Shown here: piece by piece, positions 29,294-39,710 of the stretch
How the letters are laid out: each line of letters starts with the position of its first letter
Position numbering within the stretch: position 1 is the first letter of the stretch
NCBI GenBank assembly: GCA_937885645.1
Contig: CALABJ010000017.1
Location: 107,641-171,640, forward strand
Source: an uncultured Clostridia bacterium
GTDB taxonomy: Bacteria; Bacillota; Clostridia; Christensenellales; CAG-917
Length of the DNA: 64,000 bases
Reading direction: 5' to 3'
The notes under the pieces: generated by a model
What the model saw: the letters and a program-made list of their open reading frames with translations, nothing else
Database searches by the model: none
Told to the model about the DNA's origin: nothing
Program-made: the position numbers and the translations under genes

Positions 29294-30478
29294 TTATTTC
29301 TTCTTTTTGAAGGTTGTGTTTTTCTTTGAGTATTTGTGGATTGCGTTGGACTTGTTGTTCTTGGGTTTGTCAGCCTTGGGTGCTGCAACAACTTGTTCTT
29401 CGCCGTAGTATTCCTTGATGGCTTCGCCTCTGTAGACGGTTTCGTCTTCATCGTCAACCTTTGCGCCTTCGTAGGCAGGCTTTGACTTGCGGTATTTTGC
29501 CATAAGTCTGTCAAATTCCTTGCTGAGGCCAACCCACATAGGTGTTGCGAGAAGGACTGATGAATAGAGACCAGCAACAAGACCGAGGATGATAGGCACG
29601 CAGAATTCGCGGATGGTGTCGCTTCCGAAGATTGCGAGGAAGATGACTGTCACCATTGTGGTGAAAGTGGTGAACAAGCTTCTGCGCATATTTTCGCGGA
29701 CTGATTGGTCACCGATTTCTGCATAAGGAATATCCTTTTGACCTTTGAGAGGTTTGACGTTTTCACGACAACGGTCAAAGATGATGATGGTGTTGTTGAT
29801 TGAGTATGCAATGATTGTGATGATTGCTGCAACAAATGATTGGTTGATTTGGACTCTGCAGATCACTGACAAGCAGAACATGATGACCACGTCGTGGATC
29901 AGTGCAAGGATTGCTGCGATACCACTTGCAGGGGTAAATCTGATGATGATGTAGATGAGGATCAGTGCAAGTGAGATTGCAAGTGCAATGCCTGACTTTG
30001 AGAGCAAATCTTGTGCTGCTGTTGCACCGATTGACTCGTAAGTGACGTTGTCCTTGATTTCTGCATACAGGCTGTTGTTGAGTTCTTCACGGATGACTTC
30101 GTTGAGGGCTGAGATTTCATCATCGTTCTTTGAAATGTTCTTGTATCTGAAACTGATTGAAGTTTCATTTACGTTTTGTGCCTCTTGAAGTTGGACGTAG
30201 CTGACCACAACGCCGTGCTTTTCAATGGCGCTGGTGATGCGATCCACGTGATAATCATAGTTGTCAATGGCGTCTTGACCGATGGTGACGGTGACAAGTG
30301 TGCCGCCTTCAAAGTCGATGCCGATGTTGACTGCATTGGTGTAGCCGATTTGTGAACCGAGTGCTGCGATGAGAACAACTGCAACCACCAAAATCACGAT
30401 GGGAGCAATGATCCAGAACTTCCAGTTCTTTGCAATGGGCATACTGCTAAGAGAAGACAAAAGTTTGTTGTTTTTCAT
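29294..30478 (-). CDS. secF: Protein-export membrane protein SecF with a charged C-terminal tail
   Basis: SecF-like six-TM core directly after secD. The C-terminal 70 aa or so are low-complexity and Lys-rich. Confidence 0.9.
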   Translation of the reverse strand: MKNNKLLSSLSSMPIAKNWKFWIIAPIVILVVAVVLIAALGSQIGYTNAVNIGIDFEGGTLVTVTIGQDAIDNYDYHVDRITSAIEKHGVVVSYVQLQEAQNVNETSISFRYKNISKNDDEISALNEVIREELNNSLYAEIKDNVTYESIGATAAQDLLSKSGIALAISLALILIYIIIRFTPASGIAAILALIHDVVIMFCLSVICRVQINQSFVAAIITIIAYSINNTIIIFDRCRENVKPLKGQKDIPYAEIGDQSVRENMRRSLFTTFTTMVTVIFLAIFGSDTIREFCVPIILGLVAGLYSSVLLATPMWVGLSKEFDRLMAKYRKSKPAYEGAKVDDEDETVYRGEAIKEYYGEEQVVAAPKADKPKNNKSNAIHKYSKKNTTFKKKK

Positions 30479-30479
30479 A

Positions 30480-31808
30480 TTATTTGCCCTCCTCTACTGA
30501 TGCGGAACGTTTGAGACCGTACAGCTTTTCATTGAGACCTTTGTGTTTCTTGTCAAGTTTTGCTGTCAAAGGCAGGAATGAGTTGAGCACCAGTCTTGTG
30601 ATGAGCAATGACGTGACCATTGAAAGGATGATACCGATGAACAGGGTGACTGCAAAGCCTTGGATTGCTGCTGAGCCAACTGCCCAAAGAACGATTGCAC
30701 CAATAAGGGTTGTGACGTTGCCGTCGATGATTGCTGCAATTGAACGCTTGAAGCCTGCTTTGACTGCTGACTTGATGGGCTTTGAAGTGCCACGATATTC
30801 TTCACGAATTCTTTCAAAGATAATGACGTTGCCGTCAACTGCCATACCGATTGAAAGGAGAAGACCTGCAATGCCGGGGAGTGTAAGTTGCACCCAAGGA
30901 AGCAGTGCGCTGAACCAAAGCAAAAGGACAATGTAAACACAAAGTGCAACGTCTGCTGCAAGGCCCATACCACGATAGACAACTGCCAAGAAGACAAAGA
31001 TGAGTGCGATGCCGATGACACCTGCGATCAGTGCGTTGCGGACTGCGTTTGCACCAAGTGTAGGTGAAATGCTTCTCACTTCTGCTTGTTGCAGTTTGAC
31101 ACCGAATGTGCCTGATTGAAGACGTGTTGCAAAGTCCTTGGCTTCTTCAAAACTATAACCTGCTTGGCTTGTGATGATTGCACTGCCGTTGGTGATTGCA
31201 CTGTTGATGTTGACTGTGGTGTACAGTTCACCATTGATGTAGATGTAAGTGCTCTTGCCAACGTTTGCTGAAGTCATGTCTGAGAAGACCTTTGTGCCTT
31301 CGTCGTTAAACTTCAAACCAACTGCGTATGCGCTGTTGTCGTCAGTTGTGACGTATGCGGTTTCAAGGTGCTCACTGCCGATGATGACGGCTTCTGCTGT
31401 GTCACTTTCTTCAAGCTTGAATTCAAGGGTTGCGGGACGTCCAATAAGTGAAAGGACGGTTTCGGGATCGTCAACGTCGGGGACTTCAACACGGATGGTG
31501 TTCATACCGTTTGAGTTTGTGCCCTTTGTGACGGTGGCTTCTGTATAGCCCTTTGAAACAAGCAATTCTTGCAATGATGCGACCGTGCCGTCAATGCGGA
31601 CATCCAAATCGGGATGACCATCGTCAATGACGTTGAACACGGCGGAAACGCCACCTGACATATCAAGACCCAGCTTGATTGTCTTTGCGTATCCGTGATA
31701 GTCGTAAACTGTGTTGCCAATGGGGAAATCAACGACTGCGAAAACTGCCATCAAAATGATGAACACTGCAACCAATGACAACACGATGATTGATTTCTTC
31801 TTACTCAC
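30480..31808 (-). CDS. secD: Protein-export membrane protein SecD
   Basis: 442 aa with a periplasmic-type loop plus a C-terminal TM bundle. GTG start with GGAGG upstream. Confidence 0.9.
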   Translation of the reverse strand: MSKKKSIIVLSLVAVFIILMAVFAVVDFPIGNTVYDYHGYAKTIKLGLDMSGGVSAVFNVIDDGHPDLDVRIDGTVASLQELLVSKGYTEATVTKGTNSNGMNTIRVEVPDVDDPETVLSLIGRPATLEFKLEESDTAEAVIIGSEHLETAYVTTDDNSAYAVGLKFNDEGTKVFSDMTSANVGKSTYIYINGELYTTVNINSAITNGSAIITSQAGYSFEEAKDFATRLQSGTFGVKLQQAEVRSISPTLGANAVRNALIAGVIGIALIFVFLAVVYRGMGLAADVALCVYIVLLLWFSALLPWVQLTLPGIAGLLLSIGMAVDGNVIIFERIREEYRGTSKPIKSAVKAGFKRSIAAIIDGNVTTLIGAIVLWAVGSAAIQGFAVTLFIGIILSMVTSLLITRLVLNSFLPLTAKLDKKHKGLNEKLYGLKRSASVEEGK

Positions 31809-31839
31809 GAGTTAACCTCCATAATAGTAAAACATAGAT

Positions 31840-31868
31840 ATTATAACTATAAGACAAACATTAGTCAA
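31840..31868 (-). promoter_or_regulatory. Sigma-A promoter of secD-secF
   Basis: TTGACT, 17 nt, TATAAT. Confidence 0.7.
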
Positions 31869-31994
31869 CAAATTGAAAGCAGGAAATGAACAAAAAAATT
31901 GCAAAAAAGACGTACACCGATTTAGAAAACCGCTTTCGCAAAAGGCAAGAAGCAAAAAAGTCATAACTTGGGCAAAAACCACATAAAATTTGGT

Positions 31995-32396
31995 ATGAAA
32001 AACAAAGAAAATTTCGTCCTTGACCTAAAAGACATCCTCCGCAGTGTGCTTGTGGCAATCATCTCTGCCCTCGCTTTCGTCCTCATTTTCGCTCTCATTT
32101 TGAGGTGGGCTTCTCTTCCTGACACGGTCATCACTCCGGTGAACTACGTCATCAAGTTTTTGTCACTTTTGCTAGGCATTATGATAGGGTTCAAACACCG
32201 CAAAAACGGCATTCTAAAAGGGGCAATCGTTGGTTTGGCCTTTATGCTTCTCTCTTGGCTTATCTTCACCGCAATGGACGGTTTCAAGAGTGTAAACTTC
32301 CGTCCTCTTGACCTTGTTTTCCTCACTCTTGGCGGTGGAATCATTGGTGTCATCAAGGTCAATTTGAAAGGATTAAAGAGAGGTCGTGCCCAGTAA
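31995..32396 (+). CDS. Small polytopic membrane protein (TIGR04086/YrzE-like)
   Basis: Four hydrophobic helices. The family call is from memory of YrzE-like proteins in this neighbourhood. The start is ambiguous (TTG 31968 or ATG 31995). Confidence 0.55.
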   Translation: MKNKENFVLDLKDILRSVLVAIISALAFVLIFALILRWASLPDTVITPVNYVIKFLSLLLGIMIGFKHRKNGILKGAIVGLAFMLLSWLIFTAMDGFKSVNFRPLDLVFLTLGGGIIGVIKVNLKGLKRGRAQ

Positions 32397-32468
32397 ACAG
32401 CACAAAAAACACTTGATTTTGAAAGTTTTTTGCCTGAAACAAAATTGACTTTGCACACAAAATTGCAC

Positions 32469-32510
32469 AAAAAAAAAGAGCAACCGAGGTTGCTCTTTTC
32501 TTCATTTTTG
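32469..32510. terminator. Bidirectional terminator between the membrane-protein gene and yajC
   Basis: AGAGCAACC-GA-GGTTGCTCT flanked by an A-run and a T-run. Confidence 0.75.
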
Positions 32511-32515
32511 TGATT

Positions 32516-32914
32516 TTATTCTTCGGTGGTTTCTTCGACAACTTCTTCAACAACTTCGATTGTTTCGGTTGTTTCTTCTGCTGTGGGTGCTTCGGGGGCT
32601 GCGGGTGCAGGTGCTGCAACTGCTTCGAGGACGAGGCCCACTGCTTGTCTGTCGATGACGATGAGGGTGGGGTTGTCGTCTGTGCCGACGTTGACCACGA
32701 GAGTGTTGTCTGCGTTGACTTGTGCGATCTTGCCAACCATTCTGCCGATGGTCATGATCTTTGTGCCAACTGCAAGGCTGTTCATCATTTGTTCTTGTTG
32801 CTTTTTGCGCTTTCTTTGAGGAATGATTGAGAGTGCAATCATGAGGACAAGAACGACACCGATGACGATATACATAATTGTTTGTTGTGAAATTGCGAGT
32901 GCGGATGCGAACAT
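32516..32914 (-). CDS. yajC: Preprotein translocase subunit YajC with an acidic C-terminal extension
   Basis: TM helix followed by IPQRKRKKQQEQMMNSLAVGTKIMTIGRMVGKI. ATG at 32914 with AAAGGAG upstream. Confidence 0.88.
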   Translation of the reverse strand: MFASALAISQQTIMYIVIGVVLVLMIALSIIPQRKRKKQQEQMMNSLAVGTKIMTIGRMVGKIAQVNADNTLVVNVGTDDNPTLIVIDRQAVGLVLEAVAAPAPAAPEAPTAEETTETIEVVEEVVEETTEE

Positions 32915-32968
32915 AATTTCTCCTTTATTCATGCAACATTTTGTCACATACTTTTATTAATCGTAAAC

Positions 32969-32996
32969 ATTATACACTATTTTTTGCTCTTTGCAA
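32969..32996 (-). promoter_or_regulatory. Sigma-A promoter of yajC
   Basis: TTGCAA, 16 nt, TATAAT. Confidence 0.55.
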
Positions 32997-33061
32997 GCAA
33001 AATTTGCCCGTGTGTCGGCATTTAATTCTATTTTAAGTTGTTGCGGTGAGGTTTTGAACAA

Positions 33062-34171
<1,110 letters not shown>

Positions 34172-34280
34172 TTACCTATCTATTTTGGGTGTGTAAACCC
34201 ACTGTTGTGTGATTTTATTGAATTTTGTCTAGTTTGTGTATGTTGCCGTAAAGGTGCGTGATTGCACCTCGTCAGTGCCT

Positions 34281-35312
34281 CTATTCAAAGAAGCAAGAGT
34301 CACCAAATGAGAAGAATCTGTATTTTTCTTCAACGGCTTTGCGGTAGATTTCAAGGGTCTTTTCTCTGCCTAAAAGCGCACTGACGAGCATAATCAAAGT
34401 GCTTTCGGGAAGGTGGAAATTGGTGATGAGAGCATCCACCGTCTTAAACTTGTAGCCGGGGTAAATGAAGATGTTTGTGTTGCCTTTGCACTCTCTCACA
34501 AGTCCGTTTTCATCGGCTACGCTTTCAAGGGTGCGCACTGAGGTTGTGCCCACTGCGATGACTCTTCTGCCCTCTTTTTTTGCGCGGTTTATCTTGTCCG
34601 CATTTTCCTTGTCAACCTCGTAATACTCGGTGTGCATATCGTGGTCAAGGATGTTTTCTGCCTTCACAGGACGGAACGTGCCAAGGCCTATATGAAGAAG
34701 GACGGAGGCAAACTCCACGCCCATTTCTTCAAGTTTTTTCATAAGTTCGGGGGTAAAGTGAAGCCCTGCCGTGGGGGCTGCTGCACTGCCGTCAACTTTG
34801 CTGTATACCGTTTGATATCTCTCCTTGTCTTCAAGAGTTTCGTGGATGTAGGGAGGGAGAGGCATATTGCCCACTCTGTCCAAAATGTCCTCAAATACTC
34901 CGTCAAATTGGAAGGATATTGTGCGGATGCCATATTCACCTACGTCTTCAACTGTGGCAGAAAGTTCATCACTGATTTTGATGACACTGCCCTTTCTTGC
35001 CTTGCGGGCGGGGCGCATAATGCCCTCCCAATGGGTGTAGTCAAGACGTTTCAAAAGCAAAATTTCAAAGGTGGTTTGCTTGCCGTCAATGTGTCCAAAT
35101 ATGCGGGCAGGGATAACTCTTGTGTTGTTGATGACAAGAAGGTCACCCTTCTTCAAATGTTTTGTTATATCGTAAAAATGCTCGTGGGAGAGAGTGTCTC
35201 TTTCTCTGTTGTACACGAGCATACGACTGCTGTCCCTAGGCTCTGCCGGTGTTTGGGCGATAAGCTCCTCAGGAAGGTCATAGTAAAAGTCACTAGTTTT
35301 GAGATCTGTCAT
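34281..35312 (-). CDS. queA: S-adenosylmethionine:tRNA ribosyltransferase-isomerase
   Basis: MTDLKTSDFYYDLPEELIAQTPAEPRDSSRMLV... is a typical QueA N-terminus, so the start is set at ATG 35312 rather than the track start at 35417. Confidence 0.94.
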   Translation of the reverse strand: MTDLKTSDFYYDLPEELIAQTPAEPRDSSRMLVYNRERDTLSHEHFYDITKHLKKGDLLVINNTRVIPARIFGHIDGKQTTFEILLLKRLDYTHWEGIMRPARKARKGSVIKISDELSATVEDVGEYGIRTISFQFDGVFEDILDRVGNMPLPPYIHETLEDKERYQTVYSKVDGSAAAPTAGLHFTPELMKKLEEMGVEFASVLLHIGLGTFRPVKAENILDHDMHTEYYEVDKENADKINRAKKEGRRVIAVGTTSVRTLESVADENGLVRECKGNTNIFIYPGYKFKTVDALITNFHLPESTLIMLVSALLGREKTLEIYRKAVEEKYRFFSFGDSCFFE

Positions 35313-35374
35313 TGTTTCTTGGGCTACTGCCCTATTCCTTATATATGCGGTGCGCTGTTGCGTGTCCGCGGAGA

Positions 35375-36424
35375 TTAGTGTTTCAGTTTCAAGTGTCTGT
35401 ATGCGCCAAGGGTGCAAACTCTGCCTCTAGGGGTGCGTTGAATAAAGCCCAGTTGGATGAGGAAAGGCTCGACAACGTCTTCAATGGTGGTGGCGTCTTC
35501 ACCGGTTGCTGCGGCAAGGGTGTCAAGGCCGACAGGTCCACCGCTGAACTTCTTGATGATGGTGTCAAGGATGTTTCTGTCCACAGCGTCAAGGCCAAGT
35601 TCGTCAACGTCCATAAATTCAAGGGCTTTTCTGGTCAGTTCAAGATTTATGCAATCAAGTCCTTCATATTCTGCAAAGTCACGGACACGGCGCAAAAGTC
35701 TATTGGCAATACGGGGAGTGCCACGGCTTCTGCGTGCCAGCTCAAAGGCGGCGTCCTCGTCAATGGGTATGTTGAGGATTGTGGCTGAACGGCGTACGAT
35801 TGAGGTCAACTCCTCGTTGGTGTAAGGCTCAAGGCGGAACTTGATTCCAAATCTGTCACGGAGAGGGCTTGAAAGCATACCCTCTTTGGTGGTTGCACCG
35901 ATGAGAGTAAAGTGCTTCAGTTGCATACGAAGGCTTGATGCCATTGCCCCTGCCCCCGTCACCATATCAAGGGTGAAATCTTCCATGGCAGGATAAAGAA
36001 TTTCCTCAATGTTGCGGTTGAGGCGGTGAATTTCGTCTATGAACAAAATGTCGCCCTTTTCAAGTTTTGAAAGCATTGCGCTAAGGTCCAGTGCCTTTTC
36101 AATGGCAGGACCACTGGTCACTTTCACTTGTGCGCCCATTTCGTTGGCTATGACGTGAGCAAGAGTTGTCTTTCCAAGTCCGGGAGGGCCGTAAAGCAAA
36201 ACGTGGTCAAGGGCGTCTCCTCTCTTTCTTGCGGCGTGCATATACACGTCAAGGTTGTGCTTGACCTTTTCTTGTCCAACGTAGTCCTTGAGCATTTTGG
36301 GGCGGAGTTTGTTTTCTTGATCATCGTCATCACGATAGACGGCGGTGATCACTCTGTCCTCTTCTTGCAACATGTTGTCACGATTGAATCTGCTGATAAT
36401 TCCGTTGTTTTCCATAATTTTCAA
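35375..36424 (-). CDS. ruvB: Holliday junction branch migration DNA helicase RuvB
   Basis: Intact [28 protein letters not shown] and [16 protein letters not shown] motifs, plus a RuvB C-terminal winged helix ([10 protein letters not shown]...[17 protein letters not shown]). Confidence 0.96.
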   Translation of the reverse strand: MKIMENNGIISRFNRDNMLQEEDRVITAVYRDDDDQENKLRPKMLKDYVGQEKVKHNLDVYMHAARKRGDALDHVLLYGPPGLGKTTLAHVIANEMGAQVKVTSGPAIEKALDLSAMLSKLEKGDILFIDEIHRLNRNIEEILYPAMEDFTLDMVTGAGAMASSLRMQLKHFTLIGATTKEGMLSSPLRDRFGIKFRLEPYTNEELTSIVRRSATILNIPIDEDAAFELARRSRGTPRIANRLLRRVRDFAEYEGLDCINLELTRKALEFMDVDELGLDAVDRNILDTIIKKFSGGPVGLDTLAAATGEDATTIEDVVEPFLIQLGFIQRTPRGRVCTLGAYRHLKLKH

Positions 36425-36435
36425 AGTATAAGTTG

Positions 36436-37407
36436 TTATTTTATCTCTTCATCCAATTTATATGGATGCACTTCTTCTACCGATATATTTTTCATCGCTT
36501 TTTTTGCTAAAACAATATCAATTTTCTCTAGACCCTCATATTCCGCATAGTCTTTTACTCTATCTAGCATTTTTTTTGCAACAATGGGAACTCCTTCACA
36601 ATATTTTGCGATTTCTAATTCCGCATCTTCATCAATCAATACATTCTTTTCTTTTGCAAAAATTTTAATAAATTTTTGCATTTCCTCAATAGAGTAATGT
36701 GTCAAGCGAAATTTCATGCCAAATCTTTCACGCAAATGTCTAGAAACCATCTCCTCTCTTTCTGTTGTTCCTATCAAAGTAAATGGTTTCAAATTCATCG
36801 TTAAGCACGAAGTCATCGCTCCATAACCTGCCACCATATCAATGGTGAAATCTTCCATGGCAGGATAAAGAATTTCCTCAATGTTGCGGTTAAGGCGGTG
36901 AATCTCATCTATGTACACGATATCACCCTTTTCAAGTTTTGAAAGTATTGCGCTTAGGTCAAGTGCCTTGCTTATTTCTTTTGCTTTAATAACTTTTACA
37001 TGCACGCCCATTTCGTTTGCTATTGCATATACCAAAGTTTCCTTTCCTGTTCCTGGAGGCCCATAAAGCAAGATATGATCAAGCGAACTATCTCTATTTT
37101 TAGCAGATGAAATATACACCTTTAAATTTTTGACTATCCGTTCTTGACCGATATATTCATTTAATCGGATAGTTGTTTTCTTTGTTTTGCTTTGTGTTTC
37201 TTGATTGACTGATTTATAATCAAACTTGCATTTCGGATTGTCGGAAACTATTGTCGTGACATTTCGTTCTTCTTGTGCTTTATGCACATCTTCCTTAACA
37301 TCAGTACTCGACATTGTTTGTTGTCTTATATTAACAATGTCGTCTATCCCACCATTCTGTCGGTCATCTAAATATCCTTTTTTTTCTTTTCTGCGAAATT
37401 TAAACAT
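36436..37407 (-). CDS. Divergent RuvB-like AAA+ paralog (degenerate Walker A and sensor-2 region, no RuvB C-terminal domain, new N-terminal tail)
   Basis: 323 aa that aligns to RuvB from about residue 85. It reads [10 protein letters not shown] where RuvB has [10 protein letters not shown], keeps YIDEIHRL, and reads [12 protein letters not shown] where RuvB has [12 protein letters not shown]. It ends right after the lid domain. Visibly AT-richer than its neighbours. Confidence 0.85.
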   Translation of the reverse strand: MFKFRRKEKKGYLDDRQNGGIDDIVNIRQQTMSSTDVKEDVHKAQEERNVTTIVSDNPKCKFDYKSVNQETQSKTKKTTIRLNEYIGQERIVKNLKVYISSAKNRDSSLDHILLYGPPGTGKETLVYAIANEMGVHVKVIKAKEISKALDLSAILSKLEKGDIVYIDEIHRLNRNIEEILYPAMEDFTIDMVAGYGAMTSCLTMNLKPFTLIGTTEREEMVSRHLRERFGMKFRLTHYSIEEMQKFIKIFAKEKNVLIDEDAELEIAKYCEGVPIVAKKMLDRVKDYAEYEGLEKIDIVLAKKAMKNISVEEVHPYKLDEEIK

Positions 37408-37409
37408 TT

Positions 37410-37994
37410 TTAGGGTAAGCGTTTCAGTGCTTCTCTGATGATGTTTTCAAGGCCTGAGGTGGTCTTTGCAATCTCTGCGACCAACTTCACTGCCTCTGTA
37501 TTTGACATGCCAAGGGATACGAGCGCGAAGACTGCTTCACTTTGATCCTTGTCTGCATACTTTTCAAGAGGTGAAATGGCACTTGCCATATCGGCGGACA
37601 CTTGGTCACGCATGCTGACAACAATGAGTTCTGCCGTCTTCTTGCCAAGTCCTTTGATTTTTGAAAGGGTTTTGATATCCCCTGTGGCGATGGCAACCGT
37701 CAAGGAGTTCAGGTCCATACCGCCGAGGATTTGCATTGCAAGTTTAGGGCCTACACCGCTGATGTCAATGAGACGGAGGAACAAGGTCTTTTCTTCAAGC
37801 TTTGAAAAGCCGTAAAGTGCGAAGGTGTCCTCTCTCACATACAGATAGGTGTAGATTTTGACGATTTCGCCGGGGGTGCAACAGTCGTAAAGGGTTGTTG
37901 CGCTGACGCCGATTTCATAGCCTATGCCGTTGTTTTCAACGACGAGGGTGTTGCCAATGGCATAGGTCACTTTGCCGATAATATAGTTGTACAT
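37410..37994 (-). CDS. ruvA: Holliday junction branch migration complex subunit RuvA
   Basis: 194 aa, MYNYIIGKV...GIGYEI...ISGVGPKLA...LSKIKGLGKKTAE (OB fold plus HhH motifs). Confidence 0.95.
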   Translation of the reverse strand: MYNYIIGKVTYAIGNTLVVENNGIGYEIGVSATTLYDCCTPGEIVKIYTYLYVREDTFALYGFSKLEEKTLFLRLIDISGVGPKLAMQILGGMDLNSLTVAIATGDIKTLSKIKGLGKKTAELIVVSMRDQVSADMASAISPLEKYADKDQSEAVFALVSLGMSNTEAVKLVAEIAKTTSGLENIIREALKRLP

Positions 37995-38019
37995 ATTTCA
38001 CCTTTCGGGCTGAGCCCAA

Positions 38020-38517
38020 TTATCTTACTCTAAATTGTTTTGACATGCCTGCCACTTGTCCGTGACACAGCGCAACCGCAAGGGCGTCTGCTGCATCGTC
38101 GGGACGAGGGATTGCTTTGAGCCTAAGAAGCGCTTGCACCATAAGTTGCATCTGCTTCTTCTCTGCACCGCCGTAGCCAGTGATTGTCATCTTGATTTGG
38201 TTGGGGGTGTACTCATACACCTCTTCACCTAAAAGTTTGTTGCAAGTGAGGAGAATAACCCCTCTTGCCTCTGCCACCGCAATGCCTGTGGTGACGTTTT
38301 TTGAAAAGAACAATTCTTCAACGGCAACTTGGTCAGGCTTGTAGGTTTTTATGAGGGTTTCAATGCCACTCTCCACCTTGCCAAGACGGACAGGAAGGGT
38401 GTCATCTTTGGGTGTTGAAATGATGCCGTAATCGAGGACCGTGTAGTGTCCTCTGTCAGCCTCAATCACTCCAAACCCCACCGTTGCAAGACCGGGATCA
38501 ATGCCCAAAATTATCAT
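38020..38517 (-). CDS. ruvC: Crossover junction endodeoxyribonuclease RuvC
   Basis: MIILGIDPGLATVGFGVIE...VAVEELFF...DAADALAVALCH, with the catalytic acidic residues present. Confidence 0.95.
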   Translation of the reverse strand: MIILGIDPGLATVGFGVIEADRGHYTVLDYGIISTPKDDTLPVRLGKVESGIETLIKTYKPDQVAVEELFFSKNVTTGIAVAEARGVILLTCNKLLGEEVYEYTPNQIKMTITGYGGAEKKQMQLMVQALLRLKAIPRPDDAADALAVALCHGQVAGMSKQFRVR

Positions 38518-38627
38518 AAACTTTCCTTCCGTTTTACGTTTTTTTTTTGTTTATAGTTGCAACCTTTCGTTGCGTTTTTTCGTATCTGTTTTTTGCGGTT
38601 TTTTTTCCGCTTGAAGAAGGCTATCCG

Positions 38628-39701
38628 CTAGTTTCTTTTCATCACGCTGTTTTCACGGACGTCAAAAAAGTGCACCTTGTCCGCCCCCGGCAAAAATGAG
38701 ATTTGGTCACTAAACTGGTCAGTGACAACCTTCAAGCGGTCAAAAATGTCCGCCCCTTCAAGGACAAATTTGTCCTCTATTCTCTTTGAGAAGATGACGT
38801 CCATTTTGATGCCGTCCTCAGTCATCACCACGTCTTTGCCGTGCCAACCACAGAGGACTTCTTTGCCGATATAGTCCTCTTGAATTTGGTCTTTAAGGCA
38901 AGTGACGTCAAGGGATAAATTTTGTCCAAACACACTGAAAACAAAGTTTAAGTTGCCGTTTTCAGCAGTTAAAGTGCCTTTCCGTGCATTATAGTTTTCA
39001 TCAACTGCTTCTGCTGACCACACCGTATGAGGGTGGTTGTAGATGTCAGTGTAAGTGCCGATTTGCTTAACGTCACCACCAACAAGCACCATTGTCCTAT
39101 CCCCAAAACTGAAAGCATAGCGGGGGTTGTCGGTGACAAAAATGACACTTGTGCCTTTGTCCTTTGCAAGGGTGTAAAGGACTTTTGTCACTTCCTCAAA
39201 GAGGTCGTCAGCGTCCTTTCTTGTGAGGTCGCTTAGGAAGTCATCAAGGAGGATAAGCTTGACGTCACGCATCAAAATGCGGGCAAGGGATACCTTCCTC
39301 TTCTCCACTGCGCTGAGGGTTTTAGGACGCATTTTGAGGCAAGCAACAAGGCCAAACTTTTCTGCTGCTTGCACCACTCTTTTGGCAATCTCAACCTTGT
39401 CAACTCCGCGTATTTTGAGGGGGTATGCAAGGTTGTCAAAAACTGTCTTAAAGGGGAACAATGCACCGTCGTCAAAGACCATGATGACGTCGTCCGTCTT
39501 TGCCTTTAAAGGTGTGCCGTCAAGGGTGATAGACCCCTCGTGGTCGTCTATGCCGGATATGGTTTTAAGAAGAGTGGTTTTGCCACTTCCTGTGCCACCA
39601 AGCACAGACAAGATCTCGCCGTTTTCCACGGTCAAATCCACCGCTCCGTAGAGCCGTTTGCCGTAGGAATATTGCTTGACCACTCCTTCAAGTTTCAGCA
39701 T
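38628..39701 (-). CDS. MalK/PotA-like ABC ATPase homolog with degenerate catalytic motifs, orphan
   Basis: Walker A GGTGSGKTT is intact. The Q-loop region reads VFDDGALFPF, the signature reads LSAVE, Walker B reads LLDDF and the switch region reads FVTDN. It has a TOBE-like C-terminal domain. No permease or binding-protein gene is adjacent. Confidence 0.8.
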   Translation of the reverse strand: MLKLEGVVKQYSYGKRLYGAVDLTVENGEILSVLGGTGSGKTTLLKTISGIDDHEGSITLDGTPLKAKTDDVIMVFDDGALFPFKTVFDNLAYPLKIRGVDKVEIAKRVVQAAEKFGLVACLKMRPKTLSAVEKRKVSLARILMRDVKLILLDDFLSDLTRKDADDLFEEVTKVLYTLAKDKGTSVIFVTDNPRYAFSFGDRTMVLVGGDVKQIGTYTDIYNHPHTVWSAEAVDENYNARKGTLTAENGNLNFVFSVFGQNLSLDVTCLKDQIQEDYIGKEVLCGWHGKDVVMTEDGIKMDVIFSKRIEDKFVLEGADIFDRLKVVTDQFSDQISFLPGADKVHFFDVRENSVMKRN

Positions 39702-39710
39702 ATCCGCCTC

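Noticed and set aside
38521-38612. T-tract-rich segment with plus-strand terminator-like hairpins (GCAAC-CTTTC-GTTGC-GTTTTTT; GCGG-T8-CCGC) upstream of ruvC
   Set aside because: There is no plus-strand gene to terminate. On the coding (minus) strand these read as A-rich loops in the gap between the ABC-like gene and ruvC. This is probably just a low-complexity spacer, and I could not support a specific function.
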